This document shows, piece after piece, positions 39,052-48,129 of a stretch of 64,000 nucleotides of DNA. The notes beneath the pieces were generated by a model. It did not search any database. It was given only the letters and a program-made list of their open reading frames with translations, and was not told where the DNA came from. The stretch's first letter is position 1; every line of letters starts with the position of its first letter. The position numbers were made by a program, and so were the translations under genes. Source of the DNA: Gemmatimonadota bacterium (GTDB taxonomy: Bacteria; Gemmatimonadota; Gemmatimonadetes; Longimicrobiales; Gaopeijiaceae); NCBI GenBank assembly GCA_034521595.1, contig JAXHMG010000003.1, positions 2,400,001 through 2,464,000 on the forward strand. Direction: 5' to 3'.

Positions 39052-39600
39052 TCACCCGATGATCCGGGCGTACATATCCACGAAGTCGTGGGCTGCGGAA
39101 CGGCGTTCGAGCACCTCGTCGGGCCGCATGCCCAACGCGGTGCTGAGGACGCGAACATTGATGAGCGTCACGATGGCTTCTTCCGTCAGCCCGATCTCAC
39201 TCCACTCACTCGCCGGTCGAGCCTGGTACTGCTCGTATACCGACGCGAGTAGACCGGACGCCGGGGCCTGCGCGAACGGCACATGGAGCTGCGCCGCTCC
39301 GACCTGATACCGGCGCGTGAGCTCCACCCAGCTCTGCCCCGAGCTCCGCAACGCCACGAGCGCCTCGGGTGAGATGCCCGCGCGTGTCGCCACGAAGAGG
39401 GCGACCGGGATTTCGTCCGGACGGAGATTCCAGTCGGCGAGGATCGACACCTCTGCGGTGGGAAGCTCGAAATATTCCGCCACGGCTCGGAAATAGGCCG
39501 TCCTCGCCGAGATGTCCTGTGCGCCGACCTCCCCGGCGGCCGTCGCCGTCATCAGGAGGATCGTCGCCAGGACGCTCCCGCCTCGCTTGATCCGCTCCAC
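39052..39600 (-). CDS. Hypothetical secreted helical protein
   Basis: GGAGG RBS, signal peptide VGA-Q; DEIPVALF...LRSSGQSW pattern. Confidence 0.7.
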   Translation of the reverse strand: MERIKRGGSVLATILLMTATAAGEVGAQDISARTAYFRAVAEYFELPTAEVSILADWNLRPDEIPVALFVATRAGISPEALVALRSSGQSWVELTRRYQVGAAQLHVPFAQAPASGLLASVYEQYQARPASEWSEIGLTEEAIVTLINVRVLSTALGMRPDEVLERRSAAHDFVDMYARIIG

Positions 39601-39830
39601 CGTGTATCGCCTCCGCGCGGTGCCATGACGTCATGTCGGCTCGCCTCACGTCCGACCTCCCCCGAGATAGCGGCACGCCCCCTGCCAGCGCAAACCCCGG
39701 GCCGCCGCTTTTCGACCTCCTCGACCGGCACGAACCCAGTGAACGGCTCGTGGGTTCCTCCGTAGCCTCATGAGCGCAATCCCACGAAGCGACACATGTC
39801 ACTCTGGCAGGAATCTACCTGCTCACCGCA

Positions 39831-39846
39831 TGGCACGACTCTTGAT
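39831..39846 (+). promoter_or_regulatory. Possible sigma54 promoter
   Basis: TGGCACG-ACTC-TTGAT: perfect -24 element, GA instead of GC at -12; about 55 bp upstream of ATG 39901. Confidence 0.45.
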
Positions 39847-39900
39847 AGCCGTGTCATACAGCCTCGTGGTCCAAATACCCGTGAACCCAGGGAGGCACCG

Positions 39901-40197
39901 ATGACACACGACGATAAGCGTATCGATAAACGCATAGACGAGCCACGGCTGCAGACTCAGGAACGAGATCCCGAAAACGACGTCGTCCAGGACAGCCACG
40001 TCGTGTTCGACTTCACGGGCCTCGAGCGTCCGGACGTGGGCGACTTGGCCCTGATCCTCACGGCACGCTTCGCCGCGGGCCCGGAGGAGCACGTGTGGCT
40101 ACGCGCCCTGCCCTCGCAGACTGCGAGGGTGCTCCAGGAGATGCGCTTGGACCACCTGTTCCTCGAGTACCCCACCGAGCCGGAGCACCTCAACTGA
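39901..40197 (+). CDS. Small STAS-like protein
   Basis: GGAGG RBS; VVFDFTGLERPD and RVLQEMRLDHLF resemble STAS/SpoIIAA motifs. Confidence 0.6.
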   Translation: MTHDDKRIDKRIDEPRLQTQERDPENDVVQDSHVVFDFTGLERPDVGDLALILTARFAAGPEEHVWLRALPSQTARVLQEMRLDHLFLEYPTEPEHLN

Positions 40198-40219
40198 GTT
40201 GAGCAAGCTTCAGCCAGCC

Positions 40220-40271
40220 GAACGCCACGAGCCCCGGCCCGCTCAAACGCGGGCCGGGGCTCGTGGCGTTC
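40220..40271. terminator. Perfect 23-bp stem hairpin between convergent genes
   Basis: GAACGCCACGAGCCCCGGCCCGC-TCAAAC-GCGGGCCGGGGCTCGTGGCGTTC. Confidence 0.65.
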
Positions 40272-40311
40272 CGACGCCGTCCTCGGAAGGAGACATACCC
40301 GGAGGACGGAG

Positions 40312-41409
40312 TCAGGAGGAAGGGGAGGCTTCGTCCAAGCGGCGCAAGAGTGTTTCCAGCACACCTTCCTCGACCGGCCCTCTCAGGATCAACCACCCCT
40401 CCCCACGAGGCACGACCAACTCCTCCTGCTCGGGCTCCGGGGGGGCGACACCGTCGGGATCGAATCCCTCCGGGAGGTGAATCAGCTCGAGCGTCCCACC
40501 GTCCTCCAACCGCTGGAGCACGCGCACGCCCGCGGGCACGACCCCTTCCTCGCGCCACACGATGGAGAGCACCTCGAGTCCCGGCACCACCAACGACCCC
40601 GGATCCGACGACGTCTCATCGCGCCCTGATCTCACACCCAGCCCGTCTCGCAAAGCTTCCAAGCTCCTGGAGTCCAGAGCGTCCCCGGCTCCGTCCGAGC
40701 GTGTCGCGAGCGCGAGGCCGGGCTCGCTCGACCTCGCCTCGGCCTCCGCCGTGAGCGGAGCGTCACCGGCCTCGTAAGCCAGCTCCGGAGGTGGCTGGAG
40801 TGTTCCAGCAGGTTCATCGGTGTCCGCGACATCGACATCCGCGACCTCCACGGCGGCCAGCACCGGTGTGACGTCCAGGGTCGGCGCCCGTAGCGGGGCC
40901 GGGGGCGACGGCACGGCCGCCGCGTCCGCTTCGGCCTCGGACGTGACCACCGGCTCAGCAGTGCCCGGCGCCTCGGCGGTCACTTGTCCTTCGGTGCGCG
41001 CGGCCGTCCCCGATCGAGCGCGGTCGCCGGACGTGGTCCGGGCGGCGGTCGAAGGCGCTCCGGGCTCCGGATCCGCGCCACCACGCAGCATCCACCCGAC
41101 GCCCAGCGCCAGAACGACCGACGCGGCCCACCCGAAACGGTAAAGACGAGAACGGGCTCGGGGAGACTCCACCCCGGATGAGCCCGCACGCCGCTTGAGC
41201 TCTTCGAGAGGCGGCGGGGCCGGGCTCAGGTTCGGCTCGGCGAGGATGGCGTGCGCCGACTCCCGAAGCGCACGGGCCTCACGGAGGGCTTCGGCGCACT
41301 CCGGGCACCGGTCGAGATGGGCACGAATCCTCCGAGCCTCGCCGCCGGAATACTCGTCCAGGGCGCCGTCCAGGTAGGCGTGCAGCGCGCCCTCATCGAC
41401 GTGCGACAT
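40312..41409 (-). CDS. Zinc-finger (ZAS) anti-sigma factor with long extracytoplasmic tail
   Basis: MSHVDEGALHAYLDG, HLDRCPEC, TM WAASVVLALGVGW. Confidence 0.88.
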   Translation of the reverse strand: MSHVDEGALHAYLDGALDEYSGGEARRIRAHLDRCPECAEALREARALRESAHAILAEPNLSPAPPPLEELKRRAGSSGVESPRARSRLYRFGWAASVVLALGVGWMLRGGADPEPGAPSTAARTTSGDRARSGTAARTEGQVTAEAPGTAEPVVTSEAEADAAAVPSPPAPLRAPTLDVTPVLAAVEVADVDVADTDEPAGTLQPPPELAYEAGDAPLTAEAEARSSEPGLALATRSDGAGDALDSRSLEALRDGLGVRSGRDETSSDPGSLVVPGLEVLSIVWREEGVVPAGVRVLQRLEDGGTLELIHLPEGFDPDGVAPPEPEQEELVVPRGEGWLILRGPVEEGVLETLLRRLDEASPSS

Positions 41410-41902
41410 GCGCCTCCTCCTCTTCTCGATAGGCCTTGGCCAACCTCTTGCGTGCCCGGGCCAGCGTCGTTCCGATCGCGCCCACCGCGAGTCCCGTGTG
41501 TTCGGCGATGTCGGTGTAGCTCTGGCCCGCGTCCCAGAGCAGAAGCACGTCACGGTCCCGCTCCGACAGTGACTCCAGCGCTGCCTTGACTCGGCGCCAG
41601 CGTGCTTCTTCGTCCAACTCGGCCGCCGGATCCGACGACGGCCCCGACGCGACCTCACGCTCGCTCTTGAGCAAGGCCAGATGCTTTTTCCTGCGCAGGA
41701 CCATTCGCGCTTCGTCGCGAGCCAGGTTGGCGGCGACCTGGAAGAGCCAGGCTCTGGGCCGCTCCGGGTCGTGTCGGAGCGCACGCACGAACGCCTCCTG
41801 CGCCAGATCCCGGGCACGCTCGCCGTCCCAGACCTTGCGGTGCAGAAAGCGTACGAGATCCGGAAAGGTGCTCCGGTAGATCTCGTTCCAGTCGCTCGCC
41901 AA
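41393..41902 (-). CDS. ECF RNA polymerase sigma factor
   Basis: ARDLAQEAF, AWLFQVAANLARD, SYTDIA, GTTLARARKRL; likely TTG start at 41902 after GGAGG. Confidence 0.92.
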   Translation of the reverse strand: MASDWNEIYRSTFPDLVRFLHRKVWDGERARDLAQEAFVRALRHDPERPRAWLFQVAANLARDEARMVLRRKKHLALLKSEREVASGPSSDPAAELDEEARWRRVKAALESLSERDRDVLLLWDAGQSYTDIAEHTGLAVGAIGTTLARARKRLAKAYREEEEAHVARR

Positions 41903-42001
41903 TCGAACCTCCGCGGTTGCGCTCGGACCGTCGCGAACGGGCACGGTCGGTAGGGCTCGGGGCTACGTAACCGACCTACAGTCACGCACCGAGTCGTCCC
42001 C

Positions 42002-43258
42002 GTGGCCGTTCTTACCCCTTCTGTGACGTTCGAGATCACACCCCTTGCACACGGGGTGCGTTCTGCGCTGATTCTTCGGGAGCGTGCAGCTTACCGGACG
42101 AACCCCTGGAGGTGGCCCCTGAAGATCGTGGTGCTCGGAGGCGGTCGAGTTGGACATGCGATCGTACGTGACATGGCCGCCGAAGACGATTTCTCGGTCC
42201 TGGTGGTGGACGTTGACCCGGTGACCGTCGAGCAGCTTACGGAGTTCGGAGCGGACGGTATCGTCGCCGACCTTTCACGACCCGACACGGTCGCCCGTGC
42301 GGTGGCCGCTACCGACGCCGATCTCGTGGTCGGCGCGGTGCCCGGATTCATGGGATACCAGACCGTCAAACGCGTTCTCGAAGAGGGACGCCCCGTCGTC
42401 GACATCTCGTTCTTCCCGGAAGACGCCGCGGAGCTCGAACCATTGGCCCGTAAGGCGAAAGTCCCCTGCCTCGTGGACTGCGGGATCGCTCCGGGCCTCA
42501 CGAACATGGTACTCGGACGGCTCGAGGCCGAGTTGGACGAAACGCGATCCTACCAATGCCTCGTCGGAGGGCTCCCCGTCGAAAGGACGTGGCCGTGGGA
42601 ATACAAGGCGCCGTTCTCGCCCGGAGACGTCATCGAGGAATACGTGCGTCCCGCCCGGCTGCGACGGGAGGGCAAGGAGATCACCCTGCCGGCGCTCTCC
42701 GAGCCGGAGCTCGTGAGCTTTCCCGGACTCGGCACGCTCGAAGCATTCAACACGGACGGCCTGCGGTCGCTTCTGCGCACGTGTAAGACCCCGAACATGG
42801 TGGAGAAGACCATGCGGTATCCCGGGCACGCCGAGCGCATGCGTGTCCTCCGGGAAGCCGGCTTTTTCTCCAAGCGCCAGATCCAGGCGGCATCGGGGGC
42901 GGTCCGGCCCAGGGATGTGACCGAGGCCCTCCTCTTCAGCGCCTGGCAGTTCGAAGAGGGGGAGCCCGACCTCACCGTCATGCGGATCGTCGTCGACGGA
43001 GTGAAGGACGGTCGAGACGTACGTTACACGTACAATCTCCTCGACTACTACAACCCCGACACCGAAACGTCCTCCATGGCCCGCACCACCGGCTATACCT
43101 GCACCGCCCTGGCCCGGCTCATCGCGAGCGGGCTCTGGACCGAGCCGGGCCTCGCGGCCCCGGAAGTAGTCGGTCGCAACGAGGAGTGTTACCGCAGCGT
43201 CCTCGAGCACCTGGAAGCCCGGGGCGTCCATCTGTTCGAGCGAGTGGACGAGTTCTAA
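42002..43258 (+). CDS. Saccharopine/lysine 6-dehydrogenase family protein
   Basis: KIVVLGGGRVG, DCGIAPG, VGGLP, LEAFNTDGL, SSMARTTG; real start probably near 42119. Confidence 0.88.
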   Translation: MAVLTPSVTFEITPLAHGVRSALILRERAAYRTNPWRWPLKIVVLGGGRVGHAIVRDMAAEDDFSVLVVDVDPVTVEQLTEFGADGIVADLSRPDTVARAVAATDADLVVGAVPGFMGYQTVKRVLEEGRPVVDISFFPEDAAELEPLARKAKVPCLVDCGIAPGLTNMVLGRLEAELDETRSYQCLVGGLPVERTWPWEYKAPFSPGDVIEEYVRPARLRREGKEITLPALSEPELVSFPGLGTLEAFNTDGLRSLLRTCKTPNMVEKTMRYPGHAERMRVLREAGFFSKRQIQAASGAVRPRDVTEALLFSAWQFEEGEPDLTVMRIVVDGVKDGRDVRYTYNLLDYYNPDTETSSMARTTGYTCTALARLIASGLWTEPGLAAPEVVGRNEECYRSVLEHLEARGVHLFERVDEF

Positions 43259-43358
43259 CAGAGGCGGGAGGCTCCACCACGCCGAAGGCGGACCTGGACG
43301 AGGACGATCTGGTTTTGGTTGCAGGCGACGGCACGACAGCACAATCGGAGCTCCCGGA

Positions 43359-44012
43359 GTGAACCCGCCGAGCGAGGAGGCCACGGGACGGCCGGCACCG
43401 GACGGCGAAGGATCACGTCGCTGCTTCTGGGTACCGCCCGACAACCCCGTGTACGCCGCCTACCACGACGAAGAGTGGGGCTTTCCTGTCGCCGAGGACC
43501 GGCGCCTCTTCGAGAAGATCTGCCTGGAGGGATTCCAGTCGGGGCTGTCCTGGTGGACGATCCTCCGGAAACGCGAAGCCTTTCGAGCAGCTTTCGCCGA
43601 ATTCGACTTCGAAAAGCTGGCTCGCTTCGGGCAGGCGGATGTCGAGCGCCTCCTGGGCGACGCCCGAATCGTGCGTCACCGCGGCAAGATCGAAGCGACG
43701 ATCAACAATGCGCGCCGCGCGTGCGAGATGGTCGAGCGGGAGGGCTCGCTCGCGGCCTACGTATGGCGGTTCGAGCCCGATCCGAAGACCCGTCCGGCAC
43801 GCATCACCGAAACGGACGTCCGAGCGATGACGAGCTCGCCGGAGTCGGTCGAGCTCGCGAAGGATCTCAAGAAACACGGATGGCGCTTCTTCGGCCCCAC
43901 GACGGCGTACGCGTTCATGCAGGCGATGGGCCTCGTGAACGATCACACCGAAACGTGCGCCGTGCGGGCACGGGCCGTGGACGCTCGAGCCCGCTTCTCG
44001 CCGCCACGCTGA
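43359..44012 (+). CDS. tag: DNA-3-methyladenine glycosylase I
   Basis: RCFW, YHDEEWG, LEGFQSGLSW, FMQAMGLVNDH...C. Confidence 0.95.
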   Translation: MNPPSEEATGRPAPDGEGSRRCFWVPPDNPVYAAYHDEEWGFPVAEDRRLFEKICLEGFQSGLSWWTILRKREAFRAAFAEFDFEKLARFGQADVERLLGDARIVRHRGKIEATINNARRACEMVEREGSLAAYVWRFEPDPKTRPARITETDVRAMTSSPESVELAKDLKKHGWRFFGPTTAYAFMQAMGLVNDHTETCAVRARAVDARARFSPPR

Positions 44013-44025
44013 GCCGGCGCGGGAG

Positions 44026-44066
44026 CTGGAGCGCCGCCCCGGCTCGAGGACGGCGCGGCGCTCCAG
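44026..44066. terminator. Hairpin between convergent tag and cupredoxin genes
   Basis: CTGGAGCGCCGC ... GCGGCGCTCCAG, 12-bp inverted repeat. Confidence 0.5.
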
Positions 44067-44076
44067 TCACCCACGC

Positions 44077-44676
44077 TCACCGCTCCTGAATACCCACCTC
44101 GGCATCAGCCGGCACGACGTTGAAGAAGATCCACATCCCGAGGGCCGTATGCCCGGGGATGGTACATACCATCGAGTAGTTCCCGGCGGACTCCGCCACG
44201 AACGTGATGGTCTCGGTCTCACCCGGCATGGTCGCGTCCACCATCGACGTGGGGTTCTCGGTCGCCGCTCCCTCGAAAACCGGCTCCGGAGACGGCGCGG
44301 CCGAAAAGTCCTCGGTCTCGTCGGAAATGACCACGCTGTGAGGCATGTTCGGATCCTCGTTCACCAGCGTGATGGTCACCGTGTAGCCCTCCGGAACGGT
44401 GATCGCCATCGAGCCGTTGATCGCGCCGTTGTAGTTCCAGTAGTTGTTGTCCGGAACCGACCCGGCGGTGATCGTCAGGTTCACCGTCTCGGCGTCCCGG
44501 TCGATCGCGTACCAGTCGGGCATCGTCATGGGGCCGGAAGGCATGGCCGGTGCCGCCGCTTCCGGAGCTGCCTCGGCATCGGTCGAAGGCGCGTCACCGG
44601 AATCGGCGGACTCGCCCCCACCGCACGCCGCAATCGAAACGACCGCCAGGGTCGGAAAGAGCCTGAAAAATCTCAT
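44077..44676 (-). CDS. Sulfocyanin/rusticyanin-like blue copper lipoprotein
   Basis: Lipobox IAAC; MPHS (His) and CTIPGHTALGM (C-x4-H-x4-M) type-1 copper ligands; WNYNG motif. Confidence 0.88.
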   Translation of the reverse strand: MRFFRLFPTLAVVSIAACGGGESADSGDAPSTDAEAAPEAAAPAMPSGPMTMPDWYAIDRDAETVNLTITAGSVPDNNYWNYNGAINGSMAITVPEGYTVTITLVNEDPNMPHSVVISDETEDFSAAPSPEPVFEGAATENPTSMVDATMPGETETITFVAESAGNYSMVCTIPGHTALGMWIFFNVVPADAEVGIQER

Positions 44677-44962
44677 CTTCGCTCACTTCCCTCTCAGGGT
44701 TGGAGGTCCCGCTCCGCCTCCTCGGGACCGTGGCACTCCCCCCAAGATACTTCCTTTTCCCCTCCACCGGGATCGGCATGCCGGGCAACCGGGCGCCGCG
44801 ACGACCCGTCCGATGCCGAGCGCCTGAGCCTCCACCGGGTTCCGCCCCCCGAGCCGGATTGGACGGCGGACGCTGTGACGCTGGACAACGGGCCGGCCGC
44901 CCCCCATGCTCGAACAACAGCGGTCCGCCGGGAGATCGCACCAGACCAAGGGGAGACGAACG

Positions 44963-45358
44963 ATGACGAGACGGATGAAGACGGTGCCGGTCGCGACGAC
45001 CCTGGCGCTCCTCGTCATGGCGGGCGCATGCGCCACAGCATCCAGCGGGTCGGGTAGGGGAGCCCCCGACACACTCACCCGCGAGCGGCTCATCGAGACC
45101 CGGCAGGGCAACCTGTACGACGCGATCCAGTCGCTCCGGCCCCGCTGGCTGCGGGCGCGTGGGACCTCTTCCTTCTCGGGTTCTTCGGAGGTGCAGGTGT
45201 TCCTGAACGAAGCGCCGTACGGGACGGTCAGTGATCTTTCGAGCATCCCCCTCGACGCCGTACAGGACGTACGCTTCATCCAGGCTTCCGAAGCGGGTAG
45301 CCGGTACGGCACGGTCGCGGGAAGCTCCGGCGTCCTGCTCGTGCGTACCAGCTCATAG
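44963..45358 (+). CDS. Small lipoprotein with TonB-receptor plug-like domain
   Basis: Lipobox AGAC; NLYDAIQSLRPRWL, IPLDAVQDVRF, RYG...GVLLV. Confidence 0.7.
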   Translation: MTRRMKTVPVATTLALLVMAGACATASSGSGRGAPDTLTRERLIETRQGNLYDAIQSLRPRWLRARGTSSFSGSSEVQVFLNEAPYGTVSDLSSIPLDAVQDVRFIQASEAGSRYGTVAGSSGVLLVRTSS

Positions 45359-45440
45359 AAGAAGTCCCGTGCTCGCGTCGGAGATGCGCTCGACCGCCGC
45401 GAACGGCGCGGCGTCCGGCTCACCTGTCCGTGCCGGGACC

Positions 45441-46658
45441 ATGCCGGCACTCGTCCTCTCCACCCTGCTCGTGGCAGCGGGGGCCTGTGCCGACGTCTCC
45501 TCCGTCGGCTCCTCGGGGCCGACGTTCACCGACAGCGCGGGCGTCCGAATCGTCGGATACGACGGGATGCCGGAGCCCGTCAGGACCGTCGCGCTATCGG
45601 AGGAGCCGCTGTTCCGGCACGGGCATCGCGACGGGGACTATCCGTTCCAGGCGATCGTCCAAGGTGCGCTCGACGGAGACGGGCGCGCGGTGGTCTTTGA
45701 CCGGGGCAGCCAGGAGCTCGTGCGGGTCTCCACGGACGGAGCCATCGACACGGTGCTCGCCCGGAGCGGACAAGGCCCGGAAGAAGTCACCCAGGTCATC
45801 TCCGTCGTCCCGTTGGACGATCGGGTGATCCTGGTTCAGGACCGAGCCAACGGCAAGATCATGCGTCTCGAGGAGGGTCGCCTGCCGGAGTCTCACTCCA
45901 CCATGACCGTGCCGGAGATCGGTCGTCGGATGAGGCTCGTGGGCATCGACGACGGCGGATCTCCTCTGCTCATCACGAGCGCGTTCAACACGGGGTTCGA
46001 GGAACCCTGGCTGCAGGGTCACATGGCCCGGCTGGACCTCGCGGCGATGGAGGCGGATACCGTGGCGACCTACGATCTGGCCCGACGCCGTCCCCGGAGC
46101 GGTCCGACCAACCCTTTCGGACACTTCGGACGCGCGGCGGTGAGCGGTCCCTCGTTCGTCTCGGCGCGCTCGGACATACCGGAGCTGACGTGGCGAGATC
46201 CCGACGGCACCGTCCGCCAGATCCTGCGGTGGGCGCCGGAGCCGCGGTACCCGGACGAGGCCGACTGGCGGGAATTCACCGAGGGATTCACGGAGAACAT
46301 GCGCCGAATCAACCCTCAGATGTCGCAGGACGAGGCCCGCCAGTTCGCCGAGCGGCAGCTCGAGCGGTTCGAGCTCCGGACGGACGAGCCGTATCCACTC
46401 TTCGCGGACCTCCGCGGCGACGACCAAGGCCGTGTTTGGATGGGGGTTTTCCATCACGGAGGGATGATGGGCGTCCCGGCCTATGACCTGATCGCGTCGG
46501 ACGGAACATGGCTCGGACGTCTGGAGCTGCCATCCGGGTTCCGTGTGCTCGACGTTCGGGACCGGCGCGTGCTCGGCGTCCTGCCGGACGAGCTCGAGGT
46601 CGAGAGCGTCGCGGTCTACGAGCTCGTCATGGAGCCGCGCGACACCGCCGAGCCCTGA
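45441..46658 (+). CDS. Beta-propeller lipoprotein (6-bladed, NHL-like)
   Basis: Lipobox AGAC; DSAGVRIV, GQGPEE, DDQGRVW, DGTWLG; start uncertain. Confidence 0.75.
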   Translation: MPALVLSTLLVAAGACADVSSVGSSGPTFTDSAGVRIVGYDGMPEPVRTVALSEEPLFRHGHRDGDYPFQAIVQGALDGDGRAVVFDRGSQELVRVSTDGAIDTVLARSGQGPEEVTQVISVVPLDDRVILVQDRANGKIMRLEEGRLPESHSTMTVPEIGRRMRLVGIDDGGSPLLITSAFNTGFEEPWLQGHMARLDLAAMEADTVATYDLARRRPRSGPTNPFGHFGRAAVSGPSFVSARSDIPELTWRDPDGTVRQILRWAPEPRYPDEADWREFTEGFTENMRRINPQMSQDEARQFAERQLERFELRTDEPYPLFADLRGDDQGRVWMGVFHHGGMMGVPAYDLIASDGTWLGRLELPSGFRVLDVRDRRVLGVLPDELEVESVAVYELVMEPRDTAEP

Positions 46659-46909
46659 GATTCGCCTTGCCGTGGTTCATCTCTCCACGAAACGACGATG
46701 GGACCGACCGGCGCCGCTTCGAGCCCGAGGGCTTCCGACGATGGTCACTGTGACAGGGTCGGGCAGCTCCCGTGCCGGGCTCCTGTGTGAAACACTACGC
46801 GCTCGGATCAGTAGGGGATGAGCACACCTGACGGTGCTCCGCCTCTGTCACCGGCCAGGCGACCGCGCCGAAGGGATTGCAACATTTGACACAACCGGCA
46901 GGAGGGATA

Positions 46910-47119
46910 ATGCCTGATCTACCCTGGGGCGTGATCGCCCTGGTCGGCCTGGGCGTCGTCGCCGTCGCCAACGCGCTGCGAGCGCGGCGGACCGGCAACG
47001 CGAGCTGCCTGGGTCACCTGTTCGTGCCGGCGAAGGAGATGACGTTGCCGGAGCGCATCTTGAATCGCGGCGGGATCGCCGTCTTCGCAGTCAGCATCGT
47101 GCTGAGCTTCGTCCGGTGA
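46910..47119 (+). CDS. Small two-TM membrane protein
   Basis: AGGAGG RBS; two hydrophobic segments. Confidence 0.6.
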   Translation: MPDLPWGVIALVGLGVVAVANALRARRTGNASCLGHLFVPAKEMTLPERILNRGGIAVFAVSIVLSFVR

Positions 47120-47143
47120 CCCTCCTCCGACCCAAGGGACACG

Positions 47144-48118
47144 ATGCAATACGTGAAGCTCGGCAGCACCGGCCTCGAGGTCTCCCGTCTCTGCCTCGGG
47201 ATGATGAGCTACGGCGACCCCGAGTGGCGCCCGTGGATCCTGCCCGAGGACGACGCCCGCCCCTTCGTGCGTCGCGCGGTCGAGGCGGGAATCAACTTCT
47301 TCGACACCGCCGACATGTACTCGCTCGGGGTGAGTGAGGAGGTGACCGGCAAGCTACTCGAGGAGCACATCCGGCGGGACGAGGCGGTCATCGCCACCAA
47401 GGTCTACCACCCGATGTCGGACCGGCCCAACCGGGGCGGTCTGTCGCGAAAGCACATCCTCGACGGTGTCCGGGACTCCCTGCGCCGGCTCGACACCGAC
47501 TACATCGACCTCTACCAGATCCATCGCTGGGACGACACGACGCCCATCGAGGAGACGCTGGAGGCGCTCCACGATGCGGTACGGCTGGGCTACGTACGGT
47601 ATGTCGGCGCCTCGAGCATGTTCGCCTGGCAGTTCGCCCGGTCGCTCTACCTCGCCGAGCTGAAGGGCTGGAGCCGGTTCGTCTCCATGCAGAACCACTA
47701 CAACCTCCTCTACCGTGAGGAAGAGCGGGAGATGATGCCGCTGTGCCGGGAGGAAGGGATCGGCGCGATCCCGTGGAGCCCGCTGGCGCGCGGCTGGCTG
47801 ACCCGGCCCGCGGCCCGGAAGGACGAAACGTCCCGGGGCGAGAGCGACGACTTCGCCCGCCGGCTCTACGACTTCCCGGAGGCCGACGACATCATCGGGC
47901 GGGTCGGGGAGGTGGCCGAGGCGCGAGGAATCAGCCGGGCCCAGGTGGCGCTGGCGTGGCTCCTCGGCCGGCCGGGCGTCACCGCGCCGATCGTCGGCGC
48001 CACGAAGATGGAGCACCTCGAGGATGCCCTGGGCGCGCTGGACGTCGAGCTCGACGACCAAGAAGTCGCCGCGCTCGAGGAGCCGTATCCTCCGCGTCCG
48101 GTACGCGGGCATCGGTAG
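47144..48118 (+). CDS. Aldo/keto reductase
   Basis: LGSTGLEVSRLCLG, FDTADMY, IDLYQIH, PWSPLARG. Confidence 0.95.
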   Translation: MQYVKLGSTGLEVSRLCLGMMSYGDPEWRPWILPEDDARPFVRRAVEAGINFFDTADMYSLGVSEEVTGKLLEEHIRRDEAVIATKVYHPMSDRPNRGGLSRKHILDGVRDSLRRLDTDYIDLYQIHRWDDTTPIEETLEALHDAVRLGYVRYVGASSMFAWQFARSLYLAELKGWSRFVSMQNHYNLLYREEEREMMPLCREEGIGAIPWSPLARGWLTRPAARKDETSRGESDDFARRLYDFPEADDIIGRVGEVAEARGISRAQVALAWLLGRPGVTAPIVGATKMEHLEDALGALDVELDDQEVAALEEPYPPRPVRGHR

Positions 48119-48129
48119 GAACGGGAGCC

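Noticed and set aside
42022-42040. CRP-like site TGTGA...TCACA between divergent genes
   Set aside because: Spacer is 9 bp rather than 6; might bind another factor but is unsupported.
46660-46900. Possible ncRNA in intergenic gaps (also 51530-51770, 53990-54280, 57250-57490, 3165-3320)
   Set aside because: Only short hairpins were seen, with no recognisable riboswitch or sRNA motif; an Rfam scan would be needed.
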